A stretch of DNA of 63,930 nucleotides, filler included, from Octopus bimaculoides (GCF_001194135.2; 4 parts of 4 records of this genome joined end to end with filler, not necessarily neighbours in it); one strand, 5' to 3'. Positions 22,398 to 35,169 are shown, counted from the first letter of the whole stretch. Translations and numbers: made by a program. Notes: generated by a model from the sequence alone, not told the origin.

Positions 22398-22699
22398 ATA
22401 CATACATGCGGAGCAAAAGAAACTGACACGCATCTTCGAAGTCCAATCTATTATAGCACAGTGAAAATTTACAAAATATTTCGAAAATTCTCAATCTTAG
22501 ATTCTTTAAATGAATATATACGCATATGTAAAATGTAAGCTTTATATTCGGTATCACATGCTTTACTAATTTCGTAAGAGCAACAGTACAGCACATGCAA
22601 GAGAAAACATATTTACTGTATATCTTGATGACGTGAGTGTTCGGAATGTCAAAGGTGTTTTAAAAAATCTCAAAAACAGTGATTTCTCTTGTGAATGGG

Positions 22700-23190
22700 T
22701 ATCGATCAGGAACACTGACTATTTTCAGTAATGACGCAGTGAAAACAACAGCTGAAGAAGATCCGCGTTAATGTATCGGAGACTTATCCCGGAGGCTTAA
22801 TATACCTTGGTCCATTGCGCAAGGTCATCTTAAGCATATTGGGTAAGTGTATAGAGAAGGGAAGTGGAACCTCATAAGCTATTCCTCGAGTATAAAGTAG
22901 TGCGTTCTACAACATAACCCAAGAAAAGATAAATTCATTTGGCTAACTCCATGCTCTGTATTCACCGGACCTTACTCCATCAGATTTTCACTTATTCAGA
23001 GCACTTGAACACTTTACCTATGGAAAAATATTCAGAAGCAGGGATGATGTCGAAACTGAACTCCAAATATTTTTTCTCTTCTTAAGAACCTGATTCTCCA
23101 TCTCCACCTCACTCACGAAGAATCAGAAAATTGATTCCGAGGTGGGAAAACATTATTACTTACAATGACAATTATATTTTGAATGAATAA
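22700..23190 (+). mobile_element. Mariner transposase relic, internally deleted
   Basis: A WVPHEL-like motif (..GKWNLISY/EPHKL, frameshifted) and YSPDLTPSDFHLFRAL (~22957); N-terminal VKTTAEEDPR..LSRRLNI..GHLKHIGK. Confidence 0.8.
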
Positions 23191-24069
23191 AAGTATTTAC
23201 GATCTGAAATTCTACATTAATGTTTGGTACTCATAAGATTATTCCTTTTTTGCTTTTGTTAAGGAAGTCAATAAGGTGTATTATCGACTCACCAACACAC
23301 CTGCGTTTTTTTTTCTTTGTTGTTTGTTTTGGGAGTTTTTTTTCACAAATTCTGGGTCGGTTGCGTCAGACGACACGCCTAAGGAAAACATTTTACACAC
23401 CGTACAACATCCGCTTTAATAAAACTTTATTGTAAATTATTTGCAACATTATTCTAACCGGCTTAAAGTAAATATCACTTTTGAGATTTGAAAATAAGCG
23501 TGAGTCACCTATCTATTCTCAATCAGTTAATGTTTCTACCGAAATAAAACCACGATTAAATGAATAGTGTGTTTGCTGACAGACATAACCCAAGACTCCA
23601 CGTTTCTCATTCTGTCACGTACATTAAATCAATACTCTTAACCAGGATTTTTGTAATTACTAAATAGACCCAGAATATCATCTGAAAATAGTCACAATGA
23701 GTAAATAACTGATCGTGACTGTAAGTAGAGGAAACACTGTAAATTGATGAATGTTTTACAAGTTTGCAACGCTGAGTTTAAACCTCGTGATTTATTACTC
23801 GGAGAGATGGAACTTACCAGGCTGAGTATACCGCCATACGCTAGTAGAAACCTATCACTCCCACTCATCTATAGCTTGTGGAACACATGCATGCTGAATA
23901 TAACCCTTTTTTTTTTTTTTTGTATGATAAATGTTTGCAAAACTAAGATGTAAGACTTTTATGGCATGGGTAAATGAACTGTGGAATTCTTAAATGCATT
24001 ATCAACGCAAGTAACGTGAAATAGGTTGCAAAAAAATTACGCTTCTTAGCTACAAACCTAGCGCGCTCA

Positions 24070-24123
<54 letters not shown>

Positions 24124-24774
24124 TTTATCTTTCTAAATACGTTTTTCACAGAGTATATCAATGTTTCTGCCCCAAATGCCAACAGTTACACAAAATATGA
24201 AACAAATATTACGAGCCTCATATTTTAAATACTTTTCTGAGTGTCATGTTTTCCCACTGTCACATGATCCATTTAATTTTCTAACTGTGTTATTTTTTTT
24301 ATAACACTTCAGACGATATTAGATACTTGATTAAAATCAGAAACATACTTTTCTCTTCTCATTATTAATTCACTGTAGCATATTCTATTGAAATCCTTTG
24401 GCACATGATCAACACACAGAAAAGAATGAATAGCGTCATTGAAGCTTTCCTAAATGGCATCACGATTATATTTTGTGTATAATTTAGTCAAGAGGAAAGG
24501 GATGTGGTAATGATCTTCATATGCCCTTGACATATTTAAGGAAAAAATTGTGGAAAACATTATTACAAAGGGTTGGTTTTCTGAAGAGGAATTGATTAGT
24601 GCAGGCCCTGAGGGGAGTCACTAGTTAGGAGTGACGAGAGAAGAAAAAGGTGTCGCGAATGGCTCCAGAAGGAGGCGGTATGCCACTAGCTTATTCAAAA
24701 GAATAGAAGGAGGTGTAAAAAATTAAAATAGCTGGATTTCAATCAGAATTCCCGACCGTGAATTTCCGGTTGTT

Positions 24775-25095
24775 TGATCAAATGAATTTGAGCTGTCTGC
24801 TCGTCAAATTATTGCTTGAATGCTTGAGTATTCCACACACGTACATACTGCTAACGAAACTCTCAAGCAGAATCAGATCAGCGTGACACAGAGTGTGACA
24901 AAGCTGGCACTTTGAATGACTTGTACAATTTCTTCGACGGCCTTCCACACAGTTTCTGTTAACCCAATTTCCTTCACAAAGTTTGGGTCGACCCAATGCT
25001 ATCGTAAAAAAAGAAAGTACTTGTTCAAGATGCCACTCAGAGATATCGAATCAGGAACCTCGAGGGTGTGAAGCAAGCTTCCTATTAATCATTTG
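24775..25095 (-). mobile_element. Degenerate tRNA-derived SINE (family-1 head and centre, alternative tail)
   Basis: Reverse complement of the family-1 head/centre (compare 5060-5190) followed by a different 3' region. Confidence 0.6.
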
Positions 25096-25338
25096 ACCAT
25101 GATGTATCGACAGAAAAGCCGTTGTAGTAGCAGTAGAGTAGGCCAAGTTGAAACACATTGCGTCTTTGGGTCAGAAGTTAGAATGTGTTAGTGCAAAGAT
25201 AAATTCATTACGGTATTAAGTTACATCACTTTACTTTCAGGCTTAAGCGTCAGGTTTTGCCTTTTCCTCGATCGACAAAATACCAGTAATAAAAGGCGGT
25301 TGTCTCATTTCTGACCTTATGCTAATCATCACCACCAT

Positions 25339-25520
25339 TAAGTCGTTGAGCTGGAAGGATCGTTATTGCGCCGGGCAAAATTCTTAGCGGCATTTCGTCC
25401 GTCTTTACGTTCTGAGCTCAAATTCCGCCGAGGTCGACTCTACCTTCATCCTTCTAGGGTCAATAAAATAAGTACCAGTTGAATACTGGGGTTGACGTAA
25501 TCGGCTTAGACCCTCTCCCG
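25339..25520 (+). mobile_element. SINE family 2
   Basis: CTGAGCTCAAATTCCGCCGAGGTCGAC...AATAAGTACCAGT body shared with 20439-20869. Confidence 0.85.
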
Positions 25521-25577
25521 AATCAAACAGACATGATGGATCAGTTAATATGCAACTTCATTTTTCCTTGTCTATTA

Positions 25578-25638
<61 letters not shown>

Positions 25639-25931
25639 GTTCTGGGGACGATGTGATCGACTTACACCCTCCCCACATATTTTGGGCCGTGTGCCTATGG
25701 CAAAGATTATTATCATTCAGTAGTCATATTTTTATCACGTGCTTTCACTGCACTACTAAGTGCAGCTCTTTGTGCCTTGGGTATGTGCTGTGGTTTGTCA
25801 TGATGCTCTTATTTTTACTGTATTGAAAGTGTTTTACGTAGGATGTGTGCGGTGCCTAGTAGTGCTAATTTCTGTATGCTATAAGAGAGCTAGTGCCTGG
25901 TATTGAATCAGGGAATTTATTGTTGTTGTTC

Positions 25932-25970
<39 letters not shown>

Positions 25971-25977
25971 TTGTTAT

Positions 25978-26180
25978 AAGGGCGGCCAGCTGGTAGAATC
26001 GTTAGCACGCCGGGCAAAATGCTTAGCTACGTTCTGAGATCAAATTCCGCCGAGGTCGACTTTGCCCGTTCTTCTTTTCGGGGTTGATAGATTAAGTACC
26101 AGTGAAATGCTGGGCCGATGTAATCGACTATCCCACTCTCCACAAATTCCAGGCCTTGTGCCTATAATAGAAAGAATTAT
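25978..26180 (+). mobile_element. SINE family 2
   Basis: AAGGGCGGCCAGCTGGTAGAATCGTTAGCACGCCGGG head plus the family body; tail GGCCTTGTGCCTATAATAGAAAG. Confidence 0.88.
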
Positions 26181-26201
26181 TATTATTTATTATTATTATC
26201 G

Positions 26202-26239
<38 letters not shown>

Positions 26240-26976
26240 ATCACTGTTATTATAAGGGCGGCGGGATCTTTTTTAAAACGGGGGCCACATTTTTCATTAA
26301 TGTTTTACGTAGTGTTTTTGGTACCGAAAGACTTTCAAACTTCGTATACTTATCTATTTTGTGTTATAGAACAGAAAAATACTTTTGTATTCGAATTTAT
26401 TTCATGTAAAAAATTGTCTTATTTCGATAATTTCAACCANNNNNNNNNNNNNNNNNNNNNNNNNNNNNNNNNNNNNNNNNNNNNNNNNNNNNNNNNNNNN
26501 NNNNNNNNNNNNNNNNNNNNNNNNNNNNNNNNNNNNNNNNNNNNNNNNNNNNNNNNNNNNNNNNNNNNNNNNNNNNNNNNNNNNNNNNNNNNNNNNNNNN
26601 NNNNNNNNNNNNNNNNNNNNNNNNNNNNNNNNNNNNNNNNNNNNNNNNNNNNNNNNNNNNNNNNNNNNNNNNNNNNNNNNNNNNNNNNNNNNNNNNNNNN
26701 NNNNNNNNNNNNNNNNNNNNNNNNNNNNNNNNNNNNNNNNNNNNNNNNNNNNNNNNNNNNNNNNNNNNNNNNNNNNNNNNNNNNNNNNNNNNNNNNNNNN
26801 NNNNNNNNNNNNNNNNNNNNNNNNNNNNNNNNNNNNNNNNNNNNNNNNNNNNNNNNNNNNNNNNNNNNNNNNNNNNNNNNNNNNNNNNNNNNNNNNNNNN
26901 NNNNNNNNNNNNNNNNNNNNNNNNNNNNNNNNNNNNNNNNNNNNNNNNNNNNNNNNNNNNNNNNNNNNNNNNNNNA

Positions 26977-27155
26977 AAATGCTTAGCGGCATTTCGTCCT
27001 TCGATACGCTCTGAATTCAAATTCCGCCGAGGTCGACTTTGCTTTCATCTTTTCAGGGTCGATAAAATAAGTTCCAGTAAAACACTGAGGTCGATGTAAT
27101 CGACTATCCCCCTCCCCACAAATTCTAGGCCTTGTGCCTATAGTAGAAAGGATTA
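26977..27155 (+). mobile_element. SINE family 2 (head lost in gap)
   Basis: GAATTCAAATTCCGCCGAGGTCGACTTTGC..GTCGATAAAATAAG body and the family tail. Confidence 0.85.
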
Positions 27156-27864
27156 TTATCATTATTCGTACTGGTTGGACGTGCATCGCATCGTTCGTAA
27201 GTTTATCTGTTTATTTGTGTCTTCAAAGGTTGTCTATTACTAAAATGTTGTCACAAAACATTTGTTAAAGCCACCAGTACTACATAGGACTGGTTGGTTT
27301 ATTTGTTCGCGCCCCTTTGGAAGCACAAGTTCGAAATTAAATATTTTCAATTCTGTTTTGAAAAATAATTTTTTAAAAACAAACATGGCGATGTCTGTCT
27401 GCCTTGTCTACTGTCGTGAAAGACGTCAAGGGTAGCTCTAATAGAGAGTTACAACCCTCGCCCACACCTTCACATGAAGGGGAGGTGAACACTCATCAAG
27501 TCTAAAGTCCAACAAAACAAGAAAACAACAACTCTATCAAGAACATTATCACCACCAACTCCATCACCACCACCACCAATACCATCACCACCACCACCAA
27601 CACCAACACCATCACTACCACCATCAACACCATCACCACCACTACCACTGCAATACACAAAACACAAAATAACAATAACGAAATCACGGCAACACATGTG
27701 GCAACAGCAACGTAAATGTAATTAACAATAACATCAATAACAAGAAGAACAGCAATACATTCGTAGCAACGGTTGCCAAAGGAAATGAGCTGTTTAGTAT
27801 AAACATTTTAGCAAAAGACCTATGTCTGACTCAATCGGCCAAATTAATCAAACCTAGGAAGTCA

Positions 27865-28065
27865 TAGGCTGCCGAAACACTAGCGGTATTTCGTCAGTCT
27901 CTACGTTCGTTCTGAGTTCAAATGCCGTCGGAGTTGACTTTTCCTTTCGTCCTTTTGGAGTCGATAAAATAAATACTAGTTAAACACTGGGGGGTCGATA
28001 TAATCGATTTACCCACTTCCTCGCAATTACTGGCCTTGTGCCAAAATTTGAAACCAATATATAAA
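27865..28065 (+). mobile_element. SINE family 2
   Basis: GAGTTCAAATGCCGTCGGAGTTGAC..GTCGATAAAATAAATAC body; tail GGCCTTGTGCC. Confidence 0.8.
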
Positions 28066-28069
28066 TGCG

Positions 28070-28852
28070 TATCGACAAACACCAAACGGCCGGAGCCAGT
28101 GAGTCGGACTGACTTAGAGTGAGCACTGAAGGAAGTAAAGCCCGACATACAGCACATCGCGAGGGCCAAGCAACTTACGGGCATTTCAGTGATCTTTAAG
28201 AGTGAAACTCTGATCATCAAGCACTCCGTGGTACCCTGTCGAAGCGATAAATATGTTCCCCATCCATCATATTTAGGAAGAAGGGCGGCAAGGGTTAAGA
28301 TCTAAGTCACCTCACAAGAGATGAATATGCAGTGGATGTTAACCTGCACCTTCCTTGAAGGAAGTAACAGCCTCCTGGCGGTGAATCGAATCCATCGTGA
28401 AAAATAGTCTGGGATCAGAGTGGGGGTACTACTCCACATAAAACCAGATAATATCCAAAAGATCCCAGAGCTCATTCGCCTTCCGGGATGGGTAGAGTTG
28501 CATGTTATGGTTGAGGGCAGAAGGCCTCGTTGCCATCTGAAAGCTTTCTGTCCTCAGCAGACGACAGGGAACCACAGGACCGCCTTACTTCCAGCACCAG
28601 GTCCCCCAAAACTACAACAAAACAGACAGTGAACAACAACATCTACAACAACAACAACAATAACAACAACAGCAACCTCAACAACAAGAACAGCAAAACC
28701 AGCAACTGGTGGAGAAATACCAACAACAGCAACACTAATAACACTAACAACACCACAACACCAGAAGCAGAAGCACCACCACCATTTTCAACAGTAGAAA
28801 GAAAAGTAACGGACACCAAAAACACCCAAGGACTCTGCCAACGTATCTTTCC

Positions 28853-28902
<50 letters not shown>

Positions 28903-30595
28903 NNNNNNNNNNNNNNNNNNNNNNNNNNNNNNNNNNNNNNNNNNNNNNNNNNNNNNNNNNNNNNNNNNNNNNNNNNNNNNNNNNNNNNNNNNNNNNNNNN
29001 NNNNNNNNNNNNNNNNNNNNNNNNNNNNNNNNNNNNNNNNNNNNNNNNNNNNNNNNNNNNNNNNNNNNNNNNNNNNNNNNNNNNNNNNNNNNNNNNNNNN
29101 NNNNNNNNNNNNNNNNNNNNNNNNNTACGAAGGGAAAATGAAGGAGGACCCCAAAAATAAAAAAAAGAAAAGAAAACGCTAAAACATCATGTCTCACATC
29201 AACACAACATACCAAAATAAAACGAAAACGCACCCTCAACAAACACAGAAAATTCTACCGCAACCCCAACCCTTCCAGTACCACAATCATCAACATATCC
29301 ACTGCTACCACCACCAGCACCACCAACACTACCACAGCCGCATCAGTCCACTAAAAGAAACACACGCATCAGCAACAACCAACCACACTGACACCAAACT
29401 TCGTGCTAGTGAGGAGGGCAAACGAAGAATTGATGGCTTTCCTAACACGAAGTAAGGATGTCGAGACAGAGTGGAGGGGGGTGATTTTCGGCACCAGCAC
29501 TTATTAAGTGCCATAAACATTAATGATGGTGCGTATGTCACTGGAAACTAACAAAAACATTAGGGAAGGCTTCCTTCATGATGTGGGAACCCCTAATGTG
29601 AAATCCCCGACTAGGATTTTAAGAAGGTTTTCAAAGGAACCCCAGTCAGATGTAGAGGTCGAACAATTTGACTTCCAAAAGCACCCGGAGGAGAAATAGC
29701 CCCACATTTTTCTCTTCTCTTCCCAGTTACTGTGACAGGTTTATAGGTGGTTTGTATTAAATACACGTGACTGGAGTCACCCTGGAAGCAAGGTCGCCAG
29801 CCAAACGACCTCAGGTTACTAGCCATAGATGTGACAGCCATCAGCGAGACCAGGACACACACACACACACACTAGCCTCTGTCTTTGACGACTTTGAGAT
29901 CTACACATCTTTTAGTCGGCCTGGAATGGTAGGTGGGGGACAGTGCCGTTTAGGGGAGGCCTGAATCTCGAAATACGGAGTATCTTCCTGGACCCGGAAG
30001 CTAGGTTGGTGGTCCTAGTCGTGAACAGTATTGAAGATGGTGCTTTTAGACTAGTCATTGTGCACGCCTCGACTGAGGAGGAGCTACCGAATTCTTTCAG
30101 GTGTTTGGAGGTTTTCTTGAGACGTCCCTCGCTTTAGTGCTAATGGACGATAGGAACGCATTCTTAGATGCACCTCTGGACTGCGAGGCTTGCAAATAGA
30201 AGAGGAGGCTGTAGAAAACTCACAAACGAGCTCAATTGGCTGACAGGTACCGTCTGGGCTTCCTGAAAGCGCCAATATGGACATGGGTAAATAGTCAGAG
30301 CCCCGGATACAGGAAACTGAATGCGTCTTTCTCGGTGCATCAAACCTTCAGAGACCGGTTTAGCAAGTTAGTCCATCGAAGTTGACGGATGCAATCACCA
30401 ACAACCGTTGGTGGACATCCCTCAAAAGGGCTATTAGTAAAGAAATAATAATAGAGAAGTCTAGTGTAGAGAAAGACCTAGTTAGGAAGCTAGAAGAGAT
30501 ACGTAGAAAAGGCATAGCGATCGACGTACAGGCAGCGAGATTGGCTCTGGACCAATTCTTCAGCGCCAAGCATGAAGGTTGTGTTGTCAGAGTTA
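28070..30595 (+). mobile_element. Tx1/L1-type LINE 5' half (ORF1-like region plus APE endonuclease), decayed
   Basis: ORF1-like HVMVEGRRPRC..LKAFCP (collapsed zinc knuckle). ORF2-like IDVTAISETR, DPEARLVVLVV..FRLVIVHAS, LVLMDDRNAFLD (GDxNA-like) and linker NNRWWTSLKRAI..AKHEGCVVR. Gap and microsatellites lie inside. Confidence 0.7.
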
Positions 30596-30675
30596 CTGTC
30601 ACTTGTCTTAGTTTCGTCCTTTCCATTTTGTTTTCGGTTTTTGTGGCCAATAAAGAAAAGATTATTATTATTATG

Positions 30676-30722
<47 letters not shown>

Positions 30723-30907
30723 CATCATCATCATCATCATCATCATTATTAAATGACGTGACAGAACCATTACCGCGCCAGACAAAAGTGCGGTGAAAAC
30801 GGCTATTTGCCGGTCAAATATTTCACAAACATATTTGACCTTATCTCTCGGTCTCTCTTTATCNNNNNNNNNNNNNNNNNNNNNNNNNNNNNNNNNNNNN
30901 NNNNNNN

Positions 30908-30919
30908 TTAATTAATTAA
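30908..30919. other. Artificial scaffold linker TTAATTAATTAA between N runs (also at 53715-53726 and 56945-56956)
   Basis: The identical 12-mer appears three times, each time embedded between N runs. Confidence 0.9.
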
Positions 30920-30963
30920 NNNNNNNNNNNNNNNNNNNNNNNNNNNNNNNNNNNNNNNNNNNN

Positions 30964-31088
30964 TCTCACGCACAGCCCATTTCCAAAGGTCTCGGTCCGT
31001 AGTCATCGCCTCGGTGAGGCCCAATGTACGAAGGTCTTGCCTCACCACCTCAGCCCAGGTCTTCCTGGGCCTACCTCTTCCACGGGTT

Positions 31089-31090
<2 letters not shown>
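30964..31090 (-). mobile_element. RTE/RTEX-type LINE ORF C-terminus fragment
   Basis: [41 protein letters not shown] shorter related piece lies at ~42665-42706. Confidence 0.8.
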
Positions 31091-31123
<33 letters not shown>

Positions 31124-31178
31124 CATATATCTATACATATATCTATTTATACACACACACTCATGTATTTGTATATTG

Positions 31179-31219
<41 letters not shown>

Positions 31220-31308
31220 GAGAATGTACGAAAAAACAACAACAGACGGGGACAGGTGGTGTAAATAACAAAAGGATGTATTAGTATGACGCTCGGGAAT
31301 ACGGAAAG

Positions 31309-31345
31309 TCTTTGACGTTTCAAGCTACGCTCTTCAACAGAAAGA
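31309..31345 (-). ncRNA. Minimal type I hammerhead-ribozyme-like motif (Penelope type), variant core
   Basis: Minus strand UCUUU-CUGUUGA-A-GAGC-GUA-GCUU-GAAAC-GUC-AAAGA: 5-bp stem I, 4-bp stem II, GAAA, palindromic ACGU stem III and a GUC cleavage triplet. The core is CUGUUGA rather than CUGANGA. Confidence 0.7.
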
Positions 31346-31885
31346 ATACGGAGACAAGGAGAAAAACACGGAGAAAAAAAATTGAATAGTGTCCAGTCAA
31401 CGGTCAATCATAATAATGGCTGATATATATATATATGAATACACACCCACGCATCCACATACATTGTTATATCTGTCTGTACCTGCACACATATGTGTGT
31501 ATGTATATATATATATATGTGTGTGTGCATGATTGCACACACATACACATATACATATAAATATACATTGTAAGTTTTCCTTTGTCATTTGCTTTTGTTA
31601 TAGTCTATATTGGTCTGCAGATTTATTTATTTGTTGATGTCAATTTGTAAATATTGAAGTAATAAAAATAAAAGGCTGTCATGTCATGTATTTATACGAC
31701 ATGTCATAAGGCCATGTTGCTTCAAAGTTAAATATATGCATGCACACCCACACGCACACAGAGTTGCACATGCATGTGCACACACTACACATACACACAT
31801 GTACAGAGACTGGTAATCAGATATTTATATATATAAGTATCTATTAATATATATATACATATATATAATGTATGTATATATGTTT

Positions 31886-31918
<33 letters not shown>

Positions 31919-33603
31919 GTGTAAAGAGAGAGAGAGAAAGAGAGAAACGATAGATAGATAGATATAGATAAAGATATGTATATATATGTATGTATGTGTG
32001 TGTGTATATATATATATATATGTATATACACATATATATATGTATATACANNNNNNNNNNNNNNNNNNNNNNNNNNNNNNNNNNNNNNNNNNNNNNNNNN
32101 NNNNNNNNNNNNNNNNNNNNNNNNNNNNNNNNNNNNNNNNNNNNNNNNNNNNNNNNNNNNNNNNNNNNNNNNNNNNNNNNNNNNNNNNNNNNNNNNNNNN
32201 NNNNNNNNNNNNNNNNNNNNNNNNNNNNNNNNNNNNNNNNNNNNNNNNNNNNNNNNNNNNNNNNNNNNNNNNNNNNNNNNNNNNNNNNNNNNNNNNNNNN
32301 NNNNNNNNNNNNNNNNNNNNNNNNNNNNNNNNNNNNNNNNNNNNNNNNNNNNNNNNNNNNNNNNNNNNNNNNNNNNNNNNNNNNNNNNNNNNNNNNNNNN
32401 NNNNNNNNNNNNNNNNNNNNNNNNNNNNNNNNNNNNNNNNNNNNNNNNNNNNNNNNNNNNNNNNNNNNNNNNNNNNNNNNNNNNNNNNNNNNNNNNNNNN
32501 NNNNNNNNNNNNNNNNNNNNNNNNNNNNNNNNNNNNNNNNNNNNNNNNNNNNNNNNNNNNNNNNNNNNNNNNNNNNNNNNNNNNNNNNNNNNNNNNNNNN
32601 NNNNNNNNNNNNNNNNNNNNNNNNNNNNNNNNNNNNNNNNNNNNNNNNNNNNNNNNNNNNNNNNNNNNNNNNNNNNNNNNNNNNNNNNNNNNNNNNNNNN
32701 NNNNNNNNNNNNNNNNNNNNNNNNNNNNNNNNNNNNNNNNNNNNNNNNNNNNNNNNNNNNNNNNNNNNNNNNNNNNNNNNNNNNNNNNNNNNNNNNNNNN
32801 NNNNNNNNNNNNNNNNNNNNNNNNNNNNNTTATTTCAGATAATATTCAGGGTCAAGTTTTATTGGTTATTCAATAAAGTCAGTCATTCGAAAAGGTTCCT
32901 CATTAAAAGAAATCACAACAAAAGCAACAAACAATTAAGCAAAAAAAAAAAAGAAAAGCAATAATTATAATAATAGCAATAATAATAATAATGATAATAA
33001 TAATAATAATGCTCCTTTAACAAAATTGATATCATTGTTATGAAGTGTGTGCATTGTTTAATTTTGGTAACGATAACAACAGTTACAACATTATCAAATC
33101 AACGACAATAGCAAGAACAAAAACAACAACACAAACAGTTTGAAAAATGTTGCCAAAATGTTGATAATGATTTTGCTAAGAACTTGCCAATATCAGATAT
33201 TGAAAAGAAAGACTCCGGCATAGAAATTGGCAGAAAAAGTGAAAGCTGCCAAAAATATATTCTAGTCATTTGGTAGCATGAAAAGCAGAATGTGTAGTAG
33301 ACTTATATACTAAACCGAATGATGCCAAATTTAGTACAAAATAAAGCAGGTAAAAAGAACCAAAGTTTCTATATTCTGGCCTGGAAAATAAGGGAAAATT
33401 ATGTATTTGATTTACAGAAAGTTTGGGAGTGTTCCTAAAACAAAAAGAAAAAAAAAGAAAATAAGTAAATAAATCAAAAGAATTAATGATAAGAGAGGTA
33501 AAACGAAAGTCTTCAGTTACATACATATATAGATGTATGTACACATGTGTGAATATAAACATACATACATATATATATGTGTGTGTGCGTGTGCGTGTGC
33601 GTG

Positions 33604-33711
33604 TGGAGGCGCAATGGCCCAGTGGTTAGGGCAGTGGACTCGCAGTCTTAGGATTGCGGTTTTGATTCCAAGACCAGGCGTTGTGAGTGTTTATTGAGTG
33701 AAAACACCTAC
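33604..33711 (+). mobile_element. tRNA-derived SINE head, family 3
   Basis: A-box TGGCCCAGTGG (33615-33625) and degenerate B-box GGTTTTGATTCC; no intact cloverleaf, so a SINE rather than a tRNA gene. Confidence 0.7.
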
Positions 33712-33764
33712 ATTGAATAGTGTAGTCAATCCCATGTTCGTGTGAACGTGAATCATCTTTTATT

Positions 33765-33972
33765 CTTTTATTCTTTTACTTGTTTCAGTCATTTCACTGT
33801 GGCCATGCTTGAGCACTGCCTTTAGTCAAGCAAATCAACCCCAGGATTTATTCTTTGTAAGCCTAGTACTTATTCTATCGGTCTCTTTTGCTGAACTGCT
33901 AAGTTACAGGGACGTAAACACACCAGTATCGGTTGTCAAGCAATGTTGGGTGAGGGACAAACACAGACACAT

Positions 33973-34007
<35 letters not shown>

Positions 34008-34028
34008 TATATACATACATATATACAT

Positions 34029-34068
<40 letters not shown>

Positions 34069-34218
34069 CATGGGCTTCTTTCAGTTTCCATCTACCAAAT
34101 CCACTCACAGTTTCCATCTACCACATCCCTAACCCTAACCCTATAGCAGAAGAAAGATACTTGCCCAAGGTCCCAAGCAATGGGACTGAACCCGGAACCA
34201 TGTGGTTGGTAAGCAAGC
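33765..34218 (-). mobile_element. SINE family 1, full length
   Basis: Reverse complement of the 5050-5408 organisation (head, CTTGGGCAAG centre, (CA)n linker, tail). Confidence 0.88.
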
Positions 34219-34845
34219 TACTTACCACACAGCCACTTCTGTGTCTGTAAATAGATTAGGTCATTAAGGACATTCTGCTCCCCACCCCCCGCCAACGTAT
34301 TGTTGACAGTGATGTTATTATAGTAGAGCAAAGGACACATCCACCCTGTATCATCATACGATACACATCCATTTGCTATCATCTGTTGTTATGTTTATAA
34401 GATTACAATAGAGTACTACCCCTACCCGCCACCCCACCCCCCACGCCCACTGACATTTCAAAGCAATATTACAATAGAGTACACCTCTATATCCTCACCA
34501 TATCAATTTTCTTTAATTAAACTCAACCATCTTAGATTTAATGTTCAATAAAATACATCATAAATATCTCTTTAAGGAATTCCTCTCACAGAAAATTAAC
34601 ATGTATTCTCCTCCTTTTCCTCCTCCTCAGGCTCCTCCCCCCACTCCACCGCCATCACCAATACTACCTCTTCCATCTCCTGCTATTCCTGTATAATGTG
34701 GCAGAGAGAAGTGTGTTTCGTAGTAGTGAAGTGCATCTTGTAATAGTAATAAACGAACCACTTAAATGAAGCTCCTTTTCCTTTGTTGTTTTCCTTTTCC
34801 TTACCTTTATGGCTATTTTCACGTTAATATTAATATTAATTCCCT

Positions 34846-34935
34846 GAAAGGCGGCGGGCTGGCAGAAACATTAGCACGCCGGACGAAGTGTGTAGCTGTC
34901 TGTCTTTAAATTCTGAGTTCAAACTCTGCTGCAAG
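34846..34935 (+). mobile_element. SINE family 2 head fragment
   Basis: AAAGGCGGCGGGCTGGCAGAAACATTAGCACGCCGG...CTGAGTTCAAAC. Confidence 0.75.
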
Positions 34936-35169
34936 TTAATATTTTCCCCATGACCAGACATGCTTTTTCTATGGAAGATTGACAATGAAGGACACTGCTT
35001 GTAGACCGGTGACACTCATTTACAACTATCACATGGTATCAAAGTAAGAAGACAATAACACACCCCAACACAGTTTTTGTGTGTGTGTGTGTATATATAT
35101 ATAAATAAAAAAATAAGGCTTAGAGTTAAAGACCCCTTTCAGTCACGAATGAGCATAGGATTGTAGTGG

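Noticed and set aside
23380-23720. Unique sequence containing TGAGTCA (AP-1-like site), possible enhancer
   Set aside because: Single short motifs are expected by chance; no conservation or chromatin data available.
26253-26439. Possible DNA-transposon terminus
   Set aside because: The other end would lie in the gap; no TIR pair or second copy in the window.
30908-30919. TTAATTAATTAA recurring three times
   Set aside because: Always flanked by N runs; an artificial linker, not a biological motif.
33604-33680. tRNA gene
   Set aside because: A/B boxes are present, but there is no proper acceptor or T stem and it runs into SINE body sequence.
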